From an uncultured Candidatus Saccharibacteria bacterium (GTDB taxonomy: Bacteria > Patescibacteriota > Dojkabacteria > SC72), in contig CAYOEG010000003.1 in assembly GCA_964403155.1 (NCBI GenBank), positions 21,400 through 85,399 on the forward strand: a stretch of DNA of 64,000 nt. The letters are read 5' to 3'. The position numbers and the translations under genes were made by a program. Shown here piece after piece: positions 47,317 to 57,523 of this stretch. The notes below the pieces were generated by a model. The model did not search any database, had not been told where the DNA came from, and was given only the letters and a program-made list of their open reading frames with translations. Each line of letters starts with the position of its first letter. The stretch's first letter is position 1.

Positions 47317-50300
47317 ATGTCTGTATTTCGCTTAAAAGTATTCGCTGCATTAGGAGGATTTCTTTTTCTATTACTTTCTTCTACAGAGATTTTAGGATAT
47401 GTATGCAGCAGTCTTCGCACATGCAATGGAGGACCAACATGTACTATCAGTTCAACAAGGGCATATTGCTCGAAAGAAGCATCGGATAGCCCTATTTGTA
47501 ATTGCCCTGATACTACACAATACATACATTGCTTAGAAGGTGCATATAGCTTTAGCAATTGTTGTCCATATAACAATCTATACATTGATAATATGGGCAG
47601 TGGTTATTGTACAAGATCAATAGATGCAACATATCCTAACGGTGGAACTTGTGAGTGTTGTACTCAAATCAACTGTGATTGTACACCCAAATGCCCAACG
47701 GGTTCGTATTTTACAAACACAGGGGCATACTGCTACGCAGGCAAATCAAGTTGCTCAGAATCTAACGAATGTTCAGAATGTACAGACTATGGTGCAGCGT
47801 GTTACTATCCAGAAACAAACACATCTTTCGTCCAATCAAATGGTTCTACAGCTGGTCCAACTAGCATAACTATGACAGTAGATGGTACTGCATATACTCT
47901 TTCTACCGATCCTAATAACCCTACTGTTATCAAACTACCTCAATGTTCTTCTCCGACTGTCCAATTATCTGTCCCTGCATTTACAGCACCAACAACCTCA
48001 AGAGGAGCTAATTACTATTTCCAAGCAGATAACTATGGTGTAGATGGTCAGTGGCAAGGATGGGTATCATGCGCTGGTACTGCAGGAGAAGATTTTTGTA
48101 CTGGGATGCCAAATTCAAATAGAACCCAAACCCTTGTTCCATACTCTTTAACAATAAATCAAGTATTCAAAGAGGGGGCAGAAGGTAAAATCTCTGCACA
48201 ATATGCTACAACTAATAAATGTGACGATAACTTTAAATATTCTGTTGCAAGAGTTGGTTACTATATAGTCGAGACAGTAAAACCAACTGTTAATCCAACA
48301 TCCGTAAATATAACTGTCGATGGAAAGACATACAGTCTCTCCTCTTCTGCGTCTACGCCTACAACTATAAAACTTCCATCTTTAGGATCTTCTGATGTAC
48401 AAGTATCTGTACCAACCTTTACAGCTTCTACAAGTTCTACAGGCGCCAACTATTATTTTAAAACTGATAATTATGGCTTAAATGGAGAATGGACGGGTGG
48501 AACTGCATGTCAAGGTATCGCAGGAGAAGATTTTTGTCTTGGACCTAACGCGAACAATACACAAACCTTTGATCCATACACCAAAACAGTAGCTCAAGTA
48601 CTTAAAGAAGGCGCAAAAGGTAAAATAACCGTTCAATATGCAGCTACAAACAAATGTACCACATCTTGGGAATACTCAAGCGCATTTACAGGATACTATC
48701 TTGTAAACAAAAAACCCGTACCAAACACAAACATCTTTCCAGATATAGCAACAGACATAACTCCCAAAGGATGTGCAAGCCTTACATACACAGGATTAGA
48801 TATTAACAACCCTCTGCATGTAGTAATAAATGCTACTGATGCCGATGGGAATGGTGATATACAAGCTTCTACCATATGGTTTACCAAAGATGATACGATA
48901 CCTACTACTGGTACAATCACAGGTACTTATTCTGGTTCTTCAAATCAAGACCTAGGGATAATGATTAAAAAGAATGGTACTACTTGGTCCAATCCATATA
49001 TATATGTAACCAATACATCTCCTTTTACATTCGCAATAATCACAAATGGATATGTAACTGTAAACGGAAGCAACATAGCAAGAATATATGATGTATCTGT
49101 AATACAGGACTCTACAGACGTTACATTTGATTACAAAATAGAGTTCTTACAAAGTGCTCAAAATCTCTCTGGTATGTACAATGTATATGGAGGAGCATTA
49201 GACTCATTCATGATCAACGGTAATAGTTTAGATCAGAGTTACTTTACATCTCTAACAGACTGGGGGATAGATCTTGTAAACCCAGTGGCTAATGACATAA
49301 CCCAAGAGATATATGATGCAACTAGAACAAACATCACATGGTCTGTATCAGACACAATCAGTGGGATAGATAGAACAGTAATTAACGCATACAGAACAGG
49401 AGGATTAGTCACAGACAATGTCACCCTTTACTTACCCACCGCATATACAACAAGCAAGGGAATTGTGACCTCTCAATCGTTACCACCAGCAAGTGATATT
49501 GGTAAATACGCAGGAACAAACGCCTGGGTATTTACAACTTCAACAGGAGAAAAAGATAGATTAAGCATTGGAAACAATGAAAGTGGAAGCATTGCAATCT
49601 ACGCCACAACATATGATAAAGCATGTAACACTGCATCTACAAACGAAGAACTTGATCTAAATCCATGGTTTGCAACAAGAGGAGGAAATGTCTATTCGCA
49701 AGGCAATATATCCACCGATGCTAAAGATGTCTCCTCTGTAACATCTCTAGATAATGTGTTTAGTTCAAAAGCAGGGATGACTAAAGAAAAACTAGATCTA
49801 GGGACAGAATTGCTTTCTACTGGAGATTTGAACATATCGAACTTAATACATTCAACCGCAGGGGCTATAAGAGCACTGATCACATATGATATGAATAATA
49901 GTAAGAATTATTGGTTTGGAGCTCTATCTAGCGAATTTGAGAAATACAAGCTAAACTCAACTGCCTTTGTTCCAACAACAACCTCTGTCTCTGCTGATTG
50001 CATGGGAACAGGGAGCTGCTATTATATTTCACTCTCAGCAGAAGCAGATATTAATATACCATCGGGATATATCTGTGATAGACCAACCCTTATAATTTCA
50101 AACAGGGATATATACCTAGAACCAAATGTAACAAATGGCGCAGGGCTATCAGGCTGTATCTTCCTCGCCAAAAACAATATATATATCGATGATGCCAGCT
50201 ATCTTTCAGCTACACAAATAAAATATGATTACCTTGAAGGCTTCTTTATAGCTGATAACCAGATAGTATTTCCTTTAGTTGACCCGGCAAGAACAAGAAG

Positions 50301-50517
50301 AGATGGAGTAGAAATATTTGGTGGATTAGTTGCATTCGGATCAAACATATCAGACAATAGCAAGGCAATATCAATAAACAGAAATTTAAGATTATACAAT
50401 CAGACAAACCCAACACTTGTTGTAACATATGATAATAGATATTCAAACATATCTAAGATTTTCTTTGGACAACAAGCTTCAATATACAAACAAGAGTTAG
50501 GATTCAAATCTTACTAA
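47317..50517 (+). CDS. Giant Cys-rich secreted/anchored surface protein, paralog B (1066 aa, two R domains)
   Basis: Same architecture as paralog A (42504-45323), with two tandem R domains of about 150 aa (SVPAFTAPTTSRGANYYFQADNYGVD... and SVPTFTASTSSTGANYYFKTDNYGLN...). The C-terminal body is about 75-100% identical to A. Confidence 0.5.
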   Translation: MSVFRLKVFAALGGFLFLLLSSTEILGYVCSSLRTCNGGPTCTISSTRAYCSKEASDSPICNCPDTTQYIHCLEGAYSFSNCCPYNNLYIDNMGSGYCTRSIDATYPNGGTCECCTQINCDCTPKCPTGSYFTNTGAYCYAGKSSCSESNECSECTDYGAACYYPETNTSFVQSNGSTAGPTSITMTVDGTAYTLSTDPNNPTVIKLPQCSSPTVQLSVPAFTAPTTSRGANYYFQADNYGVDGQWQGWVSCAGTAGEDFCTGMPNSNRTQTLVPYSLTINQVFKEGAEGKISAQYATTNKCDDNFKYSVARVGYYIVETVKPTVNPTSVNITVDGKTYSLSSSASTPTTIKLPSLGSSDVQVSVPTFTASTSSTGANYYFKTDNYGLNGEWTGGTACQGIAGEDFCLGPNANNTQTFDPYTKTVAQVLKEGAKGKITVQYAATNKCTTSWEYSSAFTGYYLVNKKPVPNTNIFPDIATDITPKGCASLTYTGLDINNPLHVVINATDADGNGDIQASTIWFTKDDTIPTTGTITGTYSGSSNQDLGIMIKKNGTTWSNPYIYVTNTSPFTFAIITNGYVTVNGSNIARIYDVSVIQDSTDVTFDYKIEFLQSAQNLSGMYNVYGGALDSFMINGNSLDQSYFTSLTDWGIDLVNPVANDITQEIYDATRTNITWSVSDTISGIDRTVINAYRTGGLVTDNVTLYLPTAYTTSKGIVTSQSLPPASDIGKYAGTNAWVFTTSTGEKDRLSIGNNESGSIAIYATTYDKACNTASTNEELDLNPWFATRGGNVYSQGNISTDAKDVSSVTSLDNVFSSKAGMTKEKLDLGTELLSTGDLNISNLIHSTAGAIRALITYDMNNSKNYWFGALSSEFEKYKLNSTAFVPTTTSVSADCMGTGSCYYISLSAEADINIPSGYICDRPTLIISNRDIYLEPNVTNGAGLSGCIFLAKNNIYIDDASYLSATQIKYDYLEGFFIADNQIVFPLVDPARTRRDGVEIFGGLVAFGSNISDNSKAISINRNLRLYNQTNPTLVVTYDNRYSNISKIFFGQQASIYKQELGFKSY
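49252..49445 (+). repeat. Second copy of the near-identical tract (partner of 44052-44245)
   Basis: See the first-copy entry; the two copies are offset by exactly 5200 bp. Confidence 0.6.
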
Positions 50518-50537
50518 ATTTATATATAATATTAAGT

Positions 50538-51500
50538 ATGTTAAAGAAAAAATACTCTGCACAAGCTTTGGCTATTGCGATGGTAGTTTTGGTAGTTTCA
50601 TCTATTCTTGCTATTTCCATCTATTCTCGTATATCAAAAGATAAGACTCTCTCACTAGATGAAAGAGCTTCCGCAGAGGCTCTCGAAGTCTCTGACCTGA
50701 TTCTTAACTACCTCACAGATGCTTCAATTAACGATGTGATCGAGGCAGCCGAAGAAGCGTCTGAGACACAAACTATAGAAACAGGCATCAGCCTAACAGA
50801 AAATGCTGCTTCATCACAAATATCTTCCTTGTTGGAGGCAATTGGTATTAATGCTGGACTAGAATCATTAGATATATGTCCACTGTCTGTAGCTGGTAAT
50901 TCGTATGTACTTTCGTTGACAGAGGGAGATTTAGATACATATTTTGAGATAAGACCTGGACAGATGATGGCATTGCCACTTAAAGGAATGGCATTGGGTG
51001 ATGATTGCAGCACAGTCCTGAGGGCTGCAATTAGGGGAGACAGTACAACGGGATTCACACTTACAAAAGTATATGGTTCGGGATATGTAAATGATTTGGC
51101 AACATCATACAAACCATACGATGAATCAGACGTCGCCCATTATTGTTTCTCTTCTGGAACAGGTTGCAATAACTCAAATTTCCTAGATAGTAGCAGTGAT
51201 GGTGTAAACTGGATCTATTTTTCAGATGATGGAACCGAACAAATAGACTTAGATCTAAAAGCTACATCTGGAGGATATCAATTGGATGAGGTAAAAATAA
51301 CAGCAATTGGAGGCACAGTTGGTATTGCTTATCAAATTAACAACCCAGAAAGCTGTACACAAGACCTCCAGATGATAAATGTACAAGCTGCTGCAAACTG
51401 TAGCGGCTCATATAGAGGGAAATCTGTTCTCATACCAAAAAAGCAATGGGAAAGCCCGATATTCAACTATACAATTTTTAACGGAGAGGGTTCACTCTAA
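50538..51500 (+). CDS. Hypothetical signal-anchored protein downstream of paralog B
   Basis: MLKKKYSAQALAIAMVVLVVSSILAISIYSRISKD is a basic N-terminus followed by a long hydrophobic helix. The remainder is Ser/Thr/Gly-rich and extracytoplasmic. Confidence 0.4.
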   Translation: MLKKKYSAQALAIAMVVLVVSSILAISIYSRISKDKTLSLDERASAEALEVSDLILNYLTDASINDVIEAAEEASETQTIETGISLTENAASSQISSLLEAIGINAGLESLDICPLSVAGNSYVLSLTEGDLDTYFEIRPGQMMALPLKGMALGDDCSTVLRAAIRGDSTTGFTLTKVYGSGYVNDLATSYKPYDESDVAHYCFSSGTGCNNSNFLDSSSDGVNWIYFSDDGTEQIDLDLKATSGGYQLDEVKITAIGGTVGIAYQINNPESCTQDLQMINVQAAANCSGSYRGKSVLIPKKQWESPIFNYTIFNGEGSL

Positions 51501-51510
51501 AAACAGCTAA

Positions 51511-53208
51511 ATGAGTAATAGATATTCCATAAAACTAGGGGGAGAGTCCGGACAAGGTATTAACACCCTCGGTTTACTTCTGAGTAAATCCCTTAAATCA
51601 GTCGGATACAACATATTTGCATATAGAGAATATCCCTCTTTAATTAAAGGAGGTGTAGCATCATATCAAATAGATATCTCAAATGAAGCTATCAACTCAT
51701 CTTCCAAAATCTGTAATCTGCTTGCCATCTTGGACCCAGACTCCATAACAGAATATTTGGAATCTTTGAATTTGAATGGGATATTAATTTACGATGACGA
51801 AATTGAATTTACCGAAGAACAAAAATCCATTATTCAGAATAAAAAAATCTCAACAATATATTTAGATACACAAACTATAGCTGTAAGTAACGGTGGAAAT
51901 CCCATTATGGCAAATACTGTCATGATAAGCTTCATATGGAAAATCCTAGGTCTATCGCAGCAATCACTTGAAGCTATCGTTAAAGAGATTTTCATAGAAA
52001 AAGGAGAAGAAATTGTTGAAAAAAATTTAAAATGTATAGCTGCAGGCTTTAATTCAGAAATATATAAAGAAGAATACAACCAAGGTAGCTATATACCAAT
52101 TCCAGATGACAAAAACAAAGATAATAAAATACTAACAGGAAATGATGCCATAACATTGGGGGCTATTGCCTGTGGAGTACGTGCATACTATGGTTACCCC
52201 ATGACTCCAGCAACCTCCATTTTTAAATATCTTGGGAATACATACAAAGAAACTGGTATCTTAATTAAACAGGCAGAAAGTGAAATCACAGCAGTACAAA
52301 TGGTAATAGGTAGCATGGCAATGGGAACAAGAGCATTTACTGCAACATCAGGCGGGGGATTCGATTTAATGCAAGAAACAATCTCTTGTGCGGGAATATC
52401 GGAAGTACCACTAGTAATAGTGCTCGCACAAAGAATAGGGGCAGGAACAGGTGTTCCTACATGGACAGGATCAAGTGATATACAAACCGCAGTAAAGGCT
52501 GGGCATGGGGAATTTCCAAAGGCAGTACTTTCTGTAAGTGATATTACTTCTGGATTCACATTGATTCAAAAAGCATTCAATATAGCAGAAAAATATCAAA
52601 TACCTGTAATAGTCCTTACAGAGAAACAAATTGCAGAATCACTATTCTGTGTATCATCACTGCCAAAATCTTTAGATATAGAAAGAGGAGTTGAAAAAAA
52701 AGCAAAGAGGTATGAGATAACGGATGATGGGATATCTTCAAGATGGATACCGGAAGAATCCAAAAAACCATATTTAAACACTAGTGATGAACATGATGAG
52801 GAAGGAACTAGTACAGAAAATGCATCCATGATCTTACAAATGTCCACAAAACGCATGAAGAAATTAGAATCATTAAAACAAGAAATCCCAGAACCAATAC
52901 TGTATGGGAACATCTCCTCTAATACCATATTAGTTGGGAGTGGAAGTACAAAGAATGCAATATTAGACGCGATATCCTCAGGAAAAGATATCGCATATCT
53001 TCACTATGAATACATCTATCCATTGAAAACAGACCTTCTTATGAATTTCGCCTCTCAAAACAAACGCATTCTACTAATTGAGAACAATCAAACAGGAGAA
53101 CTGGGCAAAATAATTACTGAAACTTGTGGTTACCAGTTTAAAGAAAAAATATTAAAAGCAGATGGAAGACCATTCTTCTTAGAAGATATATTAAATATAG
53201 AAATATAA
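51511..53208 (+). CDS. korA: 2-oxoacid:ferredoxin oxidoreductase alpha subunit with an N-terminal gamma domain
   Basis: The gamma-like N-terminus IKLGGESGQGINTLG...EYPSLIKGGVASYQIDIS is followed by the alpha domain ILTGNDAITLGAIACGVRAYYGYPMTPATSI. Confidence 0.75.
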   Translation: MSNRYSIKLGGESGQGINTLGLLLSKSLKSVGYNIFAYREYPSLIKGGVASYQIDISNEAINSSSKICNLLAILDPDSITEYLESLNLNGILIYDDEIEFTEEQKSIIQNKKISTIYLDTQTIAVSNGGNPIMANTVMISFIWKILGLSQQSLEAIVKEIFIEKGEEIVEKNLKCIAAGFNSEIYKEEYNQGSYIPIPDDKNKDNKILTGNDAITLGAIACGVRAYYGYPMTPATSIFKYLGNTYKETGILIKQAESEITAVQMVIGSMAMGTRAFTATSGGGFDLMQETISCAGISEVPLVIVLAQRIGAGTGVPTWTGSSDIQTAVKAGHGEFPKAVLSVSDITSGFTLIQKAFNIAEKYQIPVIVLTEKQIAESLFCVSSLPKSLDIERGVEKKAKRYEITDDGISSRWIPEESKKPYLNTSDEHDEEGTSTENASMILQMSTKRMKKLESLKQEIPEPILYGNISSNTILVGSGSTKNAILDAISSGKDIAYLHYEYIYPLKTDLLMNFASQNKRILLIENNQTGELGKIITETCGYQFKEKILKADGRPFFLEDILNIEI

Positions 53209-54062
53209 TGATAGACATAAAAGAGTACAACAAAAATATAAAACCAACATGGTGCCCAGGCTGTGGTAATTTTGCAATACATATGGCCTTAAAAAATGCA
53301 CTCAGCCAATTGGATATTAAACCTTCACAAACATACATCACCTTTGATATTGGATGCAATGGGAATGGGGCAGACAAAATTAACACGTATGCCTTCAAAG
53401 GACTTCATGGAAGATCAATTCCACTTGCGGCAGGAGTTCACCTAGCAAATAGAAAATTTACTGTGATTTCGGATATGGGAGATGGCGCATGCTTCCATGA
53501 GGGGTTAGATCATCTTATACATGCAATAAAATCAAACTACGACATCACAATCTTGATTCATAACAATCAGAATTTCGCGTTAACTACTGGACAAGCAACA
53601 ATTACAACTAATGAAGATAAACCCATGTATGGTCTCCCGGATAGTAAACCGGAGCGAAGTTTAACTGCTTCAGAAATAATATTAAGTGCAGACCCATCAT
53701 TCTATGCAAGAGGTTACTCTGGTGACTTACCACAATTAGTAGAAATCATTAAGGCAGGTATACAAAACCATGGTTGTAGTGTAATAGAAATATTCCAAGT
53801 ATGCCCGACATACAATGAAGAATGCACACCTGAATGGTACTCACAAAGAATTAAGAAATTAGAAACTCCTGCAACTAATCTCGAGAATGCACACCAGATT
53901 AGTCAAATTACTGATCAGATAGTAAATACTGGTATAATATATCGTAACACAACGCTTAAGATATTCTATGAACTCTTAGAGAATAGAAAAGACATTTCTA
54001 CAGAATTGGTTGAAGAAGTAAAACCATATGACGTAGAGAAACTATTTAATCAATTTAAATAA
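53208..54062 (+). CDS. korB: 2-oxoacid:ferredoxin oxidoreductase beta subunit (TPP-binding)
   Basis: TWCPGCGNFAI and the GDGA TPP motif (SDMGDGACFHEG). Confidence 0.8.
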   Translation: MIDIKEYNKNIKPTWCPGCGNFAIHMALKNALSQLDIKPSQTYITFDIGCNGNGADKINTYAFKGLHGRSIPLAAGVHLANRKFTVISDMGDGACFHEGLDHLIHAIKSNYDITILIHNNQNFALTTGQATITTNEDKPMYGLPDSKPERSLTASEIILSADPSFYARGYSGDLPQLVEIIKAGIQNHGCSVIEIFQVCPTYNEECTPEWYSQRIKKLETPATNLENAHQISQITDQIVNTGIIYRNTTLKIFYELLENRKDISTELVEEVKPYDVEKLFNQFK

Positions 54063-56170
54063 TGATAGACAAAATATTTTCTCCGAAATCAATCGCTATC
54101 GTCGGAGCCTCTCAGGATTCGGAAAAGATAGCTTCTGTAATATTAAAAAATGTGACCGAAGGAGGATTCAATGGTAAAGTATATCCAATCAATCCCAAGT
54201 ATGAGGAAATACAAGGAAGGCAAGCATATGCTGACATTTTGCAAATTAAAGATCACGTCGACATGGTTTGTATTGCAATACCATACCAATTCGTAGAATC
54301 TGTTGTCGATCAGTGTGTAACAAAAAAAGTACAATCTGTTGTCATAATTACTGCTGGCTTTAAAGAAACTGGAGAGGAAGGAAAGATAATAGAAGAAAGA
54401 ATTTCTCAGAAACTTAAAAATGCAAACATTCGACTTCTTGGACCTAACTGTTTAGGATTCATAAATAATAAAGCAAAAATAAATCTGTCATTTGCAAGAC
54501 AGAACCCAGGAGAGGGTAATATCGCATTTGTCTCCCAATCCGGAGCTTTCTGTACTGCTATCCTTGATATGGCTTGTGAAAACGGAATCGGTTTCTCACA
54601 TGTGATATCTTTAGGAAACAAAGCTGATATCCATGAGAACGAATTAATGCAAACCCTGCTTTTTGACAATAATGTTAAAGCACTAGCACTATACTTAGAA
54701 GAATTTGCAGATGGAAAAGAATTTGTAACACTAGCACAAAAAGCTAAAAAACCCGTACTACTCATTGCACCTGGAAGTTCGGAACAAGCAAAAATCGCAA
54801 TTTCTTCCCACACAGGAGCACTTGCATCTTCATATGACACAATTATAGCTGCAGTGAAGAAAGGAAATGTTATCCTTGCTGAAAATTCCGAAGATCTCTT
54901 TAAACTAATTACACTTATAGCTCAGAATGCAATTCCAAAAGGAAAGAAAATCGCGATCATAACAAATGCTGGAGGTCCTGGGATCATAGCAACTGATTCT
55001 GTAGAAAAAGAAGGGCTTGAGCTAACTGAAATAGGAGAGAAAACAAAACAAAAGCTTCTAAAGGTACTCCCTAGAGAATCAAACATCAAGAATCCTATCG
55101 ATATATTAGGAGACGCAAAAAGTGATAGATACGAACTCGCAATACAAGCAGTTTTAGAAGAAAAAGATGTGGATTCTATCTTCACTATCCTCACACCCCA
55201 ACTCATAACTGATATAGAAGGCACTGCACAAAAAATTATTGAAATGAGTAAAACTACAGCAAAACCAATATACTCCTGTTTCTTGGGGGGAAAAGATGTT
55301 AGATCTGGATTCAGGATTTTAGACAAAGAAAACAGACCCTCCTTCAATGATATTCAAGAAGGAATACATTTGATTGCAAAATTAGCGAGATTTGAAGAGA
55401 ACAAGGAAAGAACCAAGATAACAGATTGTAATGATTACAAAACCAGAGCTAAACATAAAAAGGAGGTACTCTCATGCTGTGATGCAGAAACTATCAGAGT
55501 ATTACCTGAACAACTTGCAATCTCCCTTCTTCAGGAATTTAAAATTGATATCCCCAATGAACTTGTTACAGGAAGTCTTGGAAATGCAATTGATTTTGCA
55601 GCATTGAATTTTCCTGTTGCAATAAAAGCTACAGCAAAGGATTTAGCACATAAAACTGATTTTAAGGGAATATATCTTGATATTCGAACTATCTCTGAAT
55701 TCGAAGAAAAATTTATAGAGCTTAAAGAAAATATTTCAAAAATTACAGGGAATCCATCTCCAGAGATTCTAGTCCAACAGATGATAGATGGAAAAGTGGA
55801 ATTCTTCATTGGTGCTAATAGAGAAGGTGATTCAATGATATATGAAAAAGAGGGTAGAGGATTCGGTCATCTTTTAGCAATAGGGCAGGGAGGAATATAT
55901 ACAGAGGTCTTTAAAGACATCAAGCACATATTAGTACCCGAGTATGATCAAAAGATAATGGATATATTAGATGAAACCAAAGTATCGATGATTATAAATG
56001 GGTATAGAGGCAAACCAGCGTTAGCAAAGGAGAAATTAATAGAATTAATAGTTAAGCTAGAAAAACTGTTGATCAATTATCCAGAGATCATCTCAATGGA
56101 TATAAATCCAGTGATAATTACTGAGAAAAAGGCTATTGTTGTAGATGTTAAATTCTACGTAGCAAAGTAA
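54062..56170 (+). CDS. Acetyl-CoA synthetase (ADP-forming), fused alpha-beta
   Basis: N-terminal CoA-binding domain KSIAIVGASQDSEKIASVILKNV, succinyl-CoA-synthetase-like ligase domains, and a C-terminal ATP-grasp domain; 702 aa. Confidence 0.75.
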   Translation: MIDKIFSPKSIAIVGASQDSEKIASVILKNVTEGGFNGKVYPINPKYEEIQGRQAYADILQIKDHVDMVCIAIPYQFVESVVDQCVTKKVQSVVIITAGFKETGEEGKIIEERISQKLKNANIRLLGPNCLGFINNKAKINLSFARQNPGEGNIAFVSQSGAFCTAILDMACENGIGFSHVISLGNKADIHENELMQTLLFDNNVKALALYLEEFADGKEFVTLAQKAKKPVLLIAPGSSEQAKIAISSHTGALASSYDTIIAAVKKGNVILAENSEDLFKLITLIAQNAIPKGKKIAIITNAGGPGIIATDSVEKEGLELTEIGEKTKQKLLKVLPRESNIKNPIDILGDAKSDRYELAIQAVLEEKDVDSIFTILTPQLITDIEGTAQKIIEMSKTTAKPIYSCFLGGKDVRSGFRILDKENRPSFNDIQEGIHLIAKLARFEENKERTKITDCNDYKTRAKHKKEVLSCCDAETIRVLPEQLAISLLQEFKIDIPNELVTGSLGNAIDFAALNFPVAIKATAKDLAHKTDFKGIYLDIRTISEFEEKFIELKENISKITGNPSPEILVQQMIDGKVEFFIGANREGDSMIYEKEGRGFGHLLAIGQGGIYTEVFKDIKHILVPEYDQKIMDILDETKVSMIINGYRGKPALAKEKLIELIVKLEKLLINYPEIISMDINPVIITEKKAIVVDVKFYVAK

Positions 56171-56219
56171 TTCTATTCTTATCCCTTGAAATTACATCAC
56201 AAATGTCAAGAATGGAAAG

Positions 56220-56657
56220 TTAATATCCAGTATGAGAATTTTCCCCGTATTCGTTGTACAACTTCTTGCAGGCATCTTTCTCTATCTGAATCTCCATATA
56301 TCCATCTACATTCCCCGTCTCTTCCATGAAGCCAATTTCCTGTGCATCTGAATAGTCACATCCATAATATACCTTTGATATCTTAGCCCACATTATTGCA
56401 TGGCGGCACATTGGGCATGGTTTACCAGTTACGTATAACTCACAACCAGACAAATCAAAAGCCTTGAGTTTTTTTGAAGCCTGTTGTATTGCTCTAATTT
56501 CAGCATGATTTGTAGCATCTTTTCTTCTTACAACCTCATTATGTGCCTTCGATATAATTTTTCCATCTTTAATAATCACACATCCAAATGGACCACCATG
56601 ACCCTTCCTCACACCATATTGCGCCTCATCCAAAGCTATCTTCATATACTCATTCAT
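56220..56657 (-). CDS. CDA-fold nucleotide/base deaminase (GuaD/TadA-like)
   Basis: Zn ligands HAE and PCPMC. GGPFGCVIIKDGKII resembles B. subtilis GuaD GGPFGAVIVKDG. The start overlaps the upstream stop by 1 nt. Confidence 0.7.
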   Translation of the reverse strand: MNEYMKIALDEAQYGVRKGHGGPFGCVIIKDGKIISKAHNEVVRRKDATNHAEIRAIQQASKKLKAFDLSGCELYVTGKPCPMCRHAIMWAKISKVYYGCDYSDAQEIGFMEETGNVDGYMEIQIEKDACKKLYNEYGENSHTGY

Positions 56658-57523
56658 TAGTACTGCTTCTTAAAATTAATGTCGTCTACAAGCATTTTTC
56701 TACCTGTCCTTCCAAGATCTTTCTCATATTGCCTAGCATACTCTCTGTAGTCAACAACCTTCTTTGTTCTCTCTTTTATACTTCTCTCTCCAATCATACC
56801 GGGACCATTTATGCATCCGCCATCACAGGTAAGAATATCTAAAAATCTGTAATTCTTGTACATTCCGTCTTTAAATTCAGACAATACCCTCAAGATATTC
56901 TCGACACCCTCCATTACTAAGATCTCTTTTTCTTTTAGTATGTTTTTGTAATGGAGTGTAGAAGATAGACCACCAGAAATTGGATAGATTTTGGTATAGT
57001 CATTATAAAATCTCTCAAAAGTAATACAATATTTTGAGTCTGTAACCTTTTCGGGGATATTTTTCTCTACAAAGAGAGATTGCAATTCCTTAAATGTTAA
57101 AGCTTCATCAACACTACCTAATTCTTGTGCTTCCATCTTTTTTGTAATACAAGGACCAACAAATACAATTTTGTATTCAGGATAGTATTTCTTGCAAATG
57201 AGAGCCATCGCCCCCATAGGAGAAAGCACAGGAACCAGATTTGATATTAGATTAGGGAATTTCGTACGGATCATGTTAACAAGAGTAGGGCATGGTGATG
57301 ATATCCAGGTTTTCTTTTCTCCCTTTTCGATACTTTCTTTCAGAATTTCATAATACGCCAGATTCACCATCTTCGCACCAAACGTAAGCTCAACAATTTC
57401 GTCAAAGCCTAACATTCGAAGACGATATATAATTTCGGGATAGTCAAATTCCGCAACAAAAGAAGGTGCTAACATACATAGATATTTTTCTTCATCTTTG
57501 AATTCCATATTAAAAATATACAT
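56657..57523 (-). CDS. Minimal [FeFe]-hydrogenase H-cluster-domain-like protein (288 aa) with a non-canonical L1 motif
   Basis: L1-like WISSPCPTLV (against canonical TSCCPxW), L2 VGPCITKKMEA (against MPCxxKxxE) and L3 LDILTCDGGCINGPG (against ExMACxGGCxxGGGQP). There are no N-terminal ferredoxin-like cluster domains. Confidence 0.55.
   Translation of the reverse strand: MYIFNMEFKDEEKYLCMLAPSFVAEFDYPEIIYRLRMLGFDEIVELTFGAKMVNLAYYEILKESIEKGEKKTWISSPCPTLVNMIRTKFPNLISNLVPVLSPMGAMALICKKYYPEYKIVFVGPCITKKMEAQELGSVDEALTFKELQSLFVEKNIPEKVTDSKYCITFERFYNDYTKIYPISGGLSSTLHYKNILKEKEILVMEGVENILRVLSEFKDGMYKNYRFLDILTCDGGCINGPGMIGERSIKERTKKVVDYREYARQYEKDLGRTGRKMLVDDINFKKQY

Noticed and set aside
50538-50640. 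The N-terminus of the 50538 ORF as a type IV pilin / class III signal peptide
   Set aside because: There is no Gly at -1 and no Glu at +5 (the sequence is KKYSAQALAIAMVV). A plain signal-anchor is more parsimonious, and no pilB/pilC/pilD genes are nearby.
54143-55809. Minus-strand track ORFs inside acd (54143-54334, 54406-54840, 54922-55347, 55531-55809), and the similar antisense ORFs inside dnaE, nrdD, korA and uvrB
   Set aside because: They are antisense to well-supported long genes and have low-complexity translations with no motifs.
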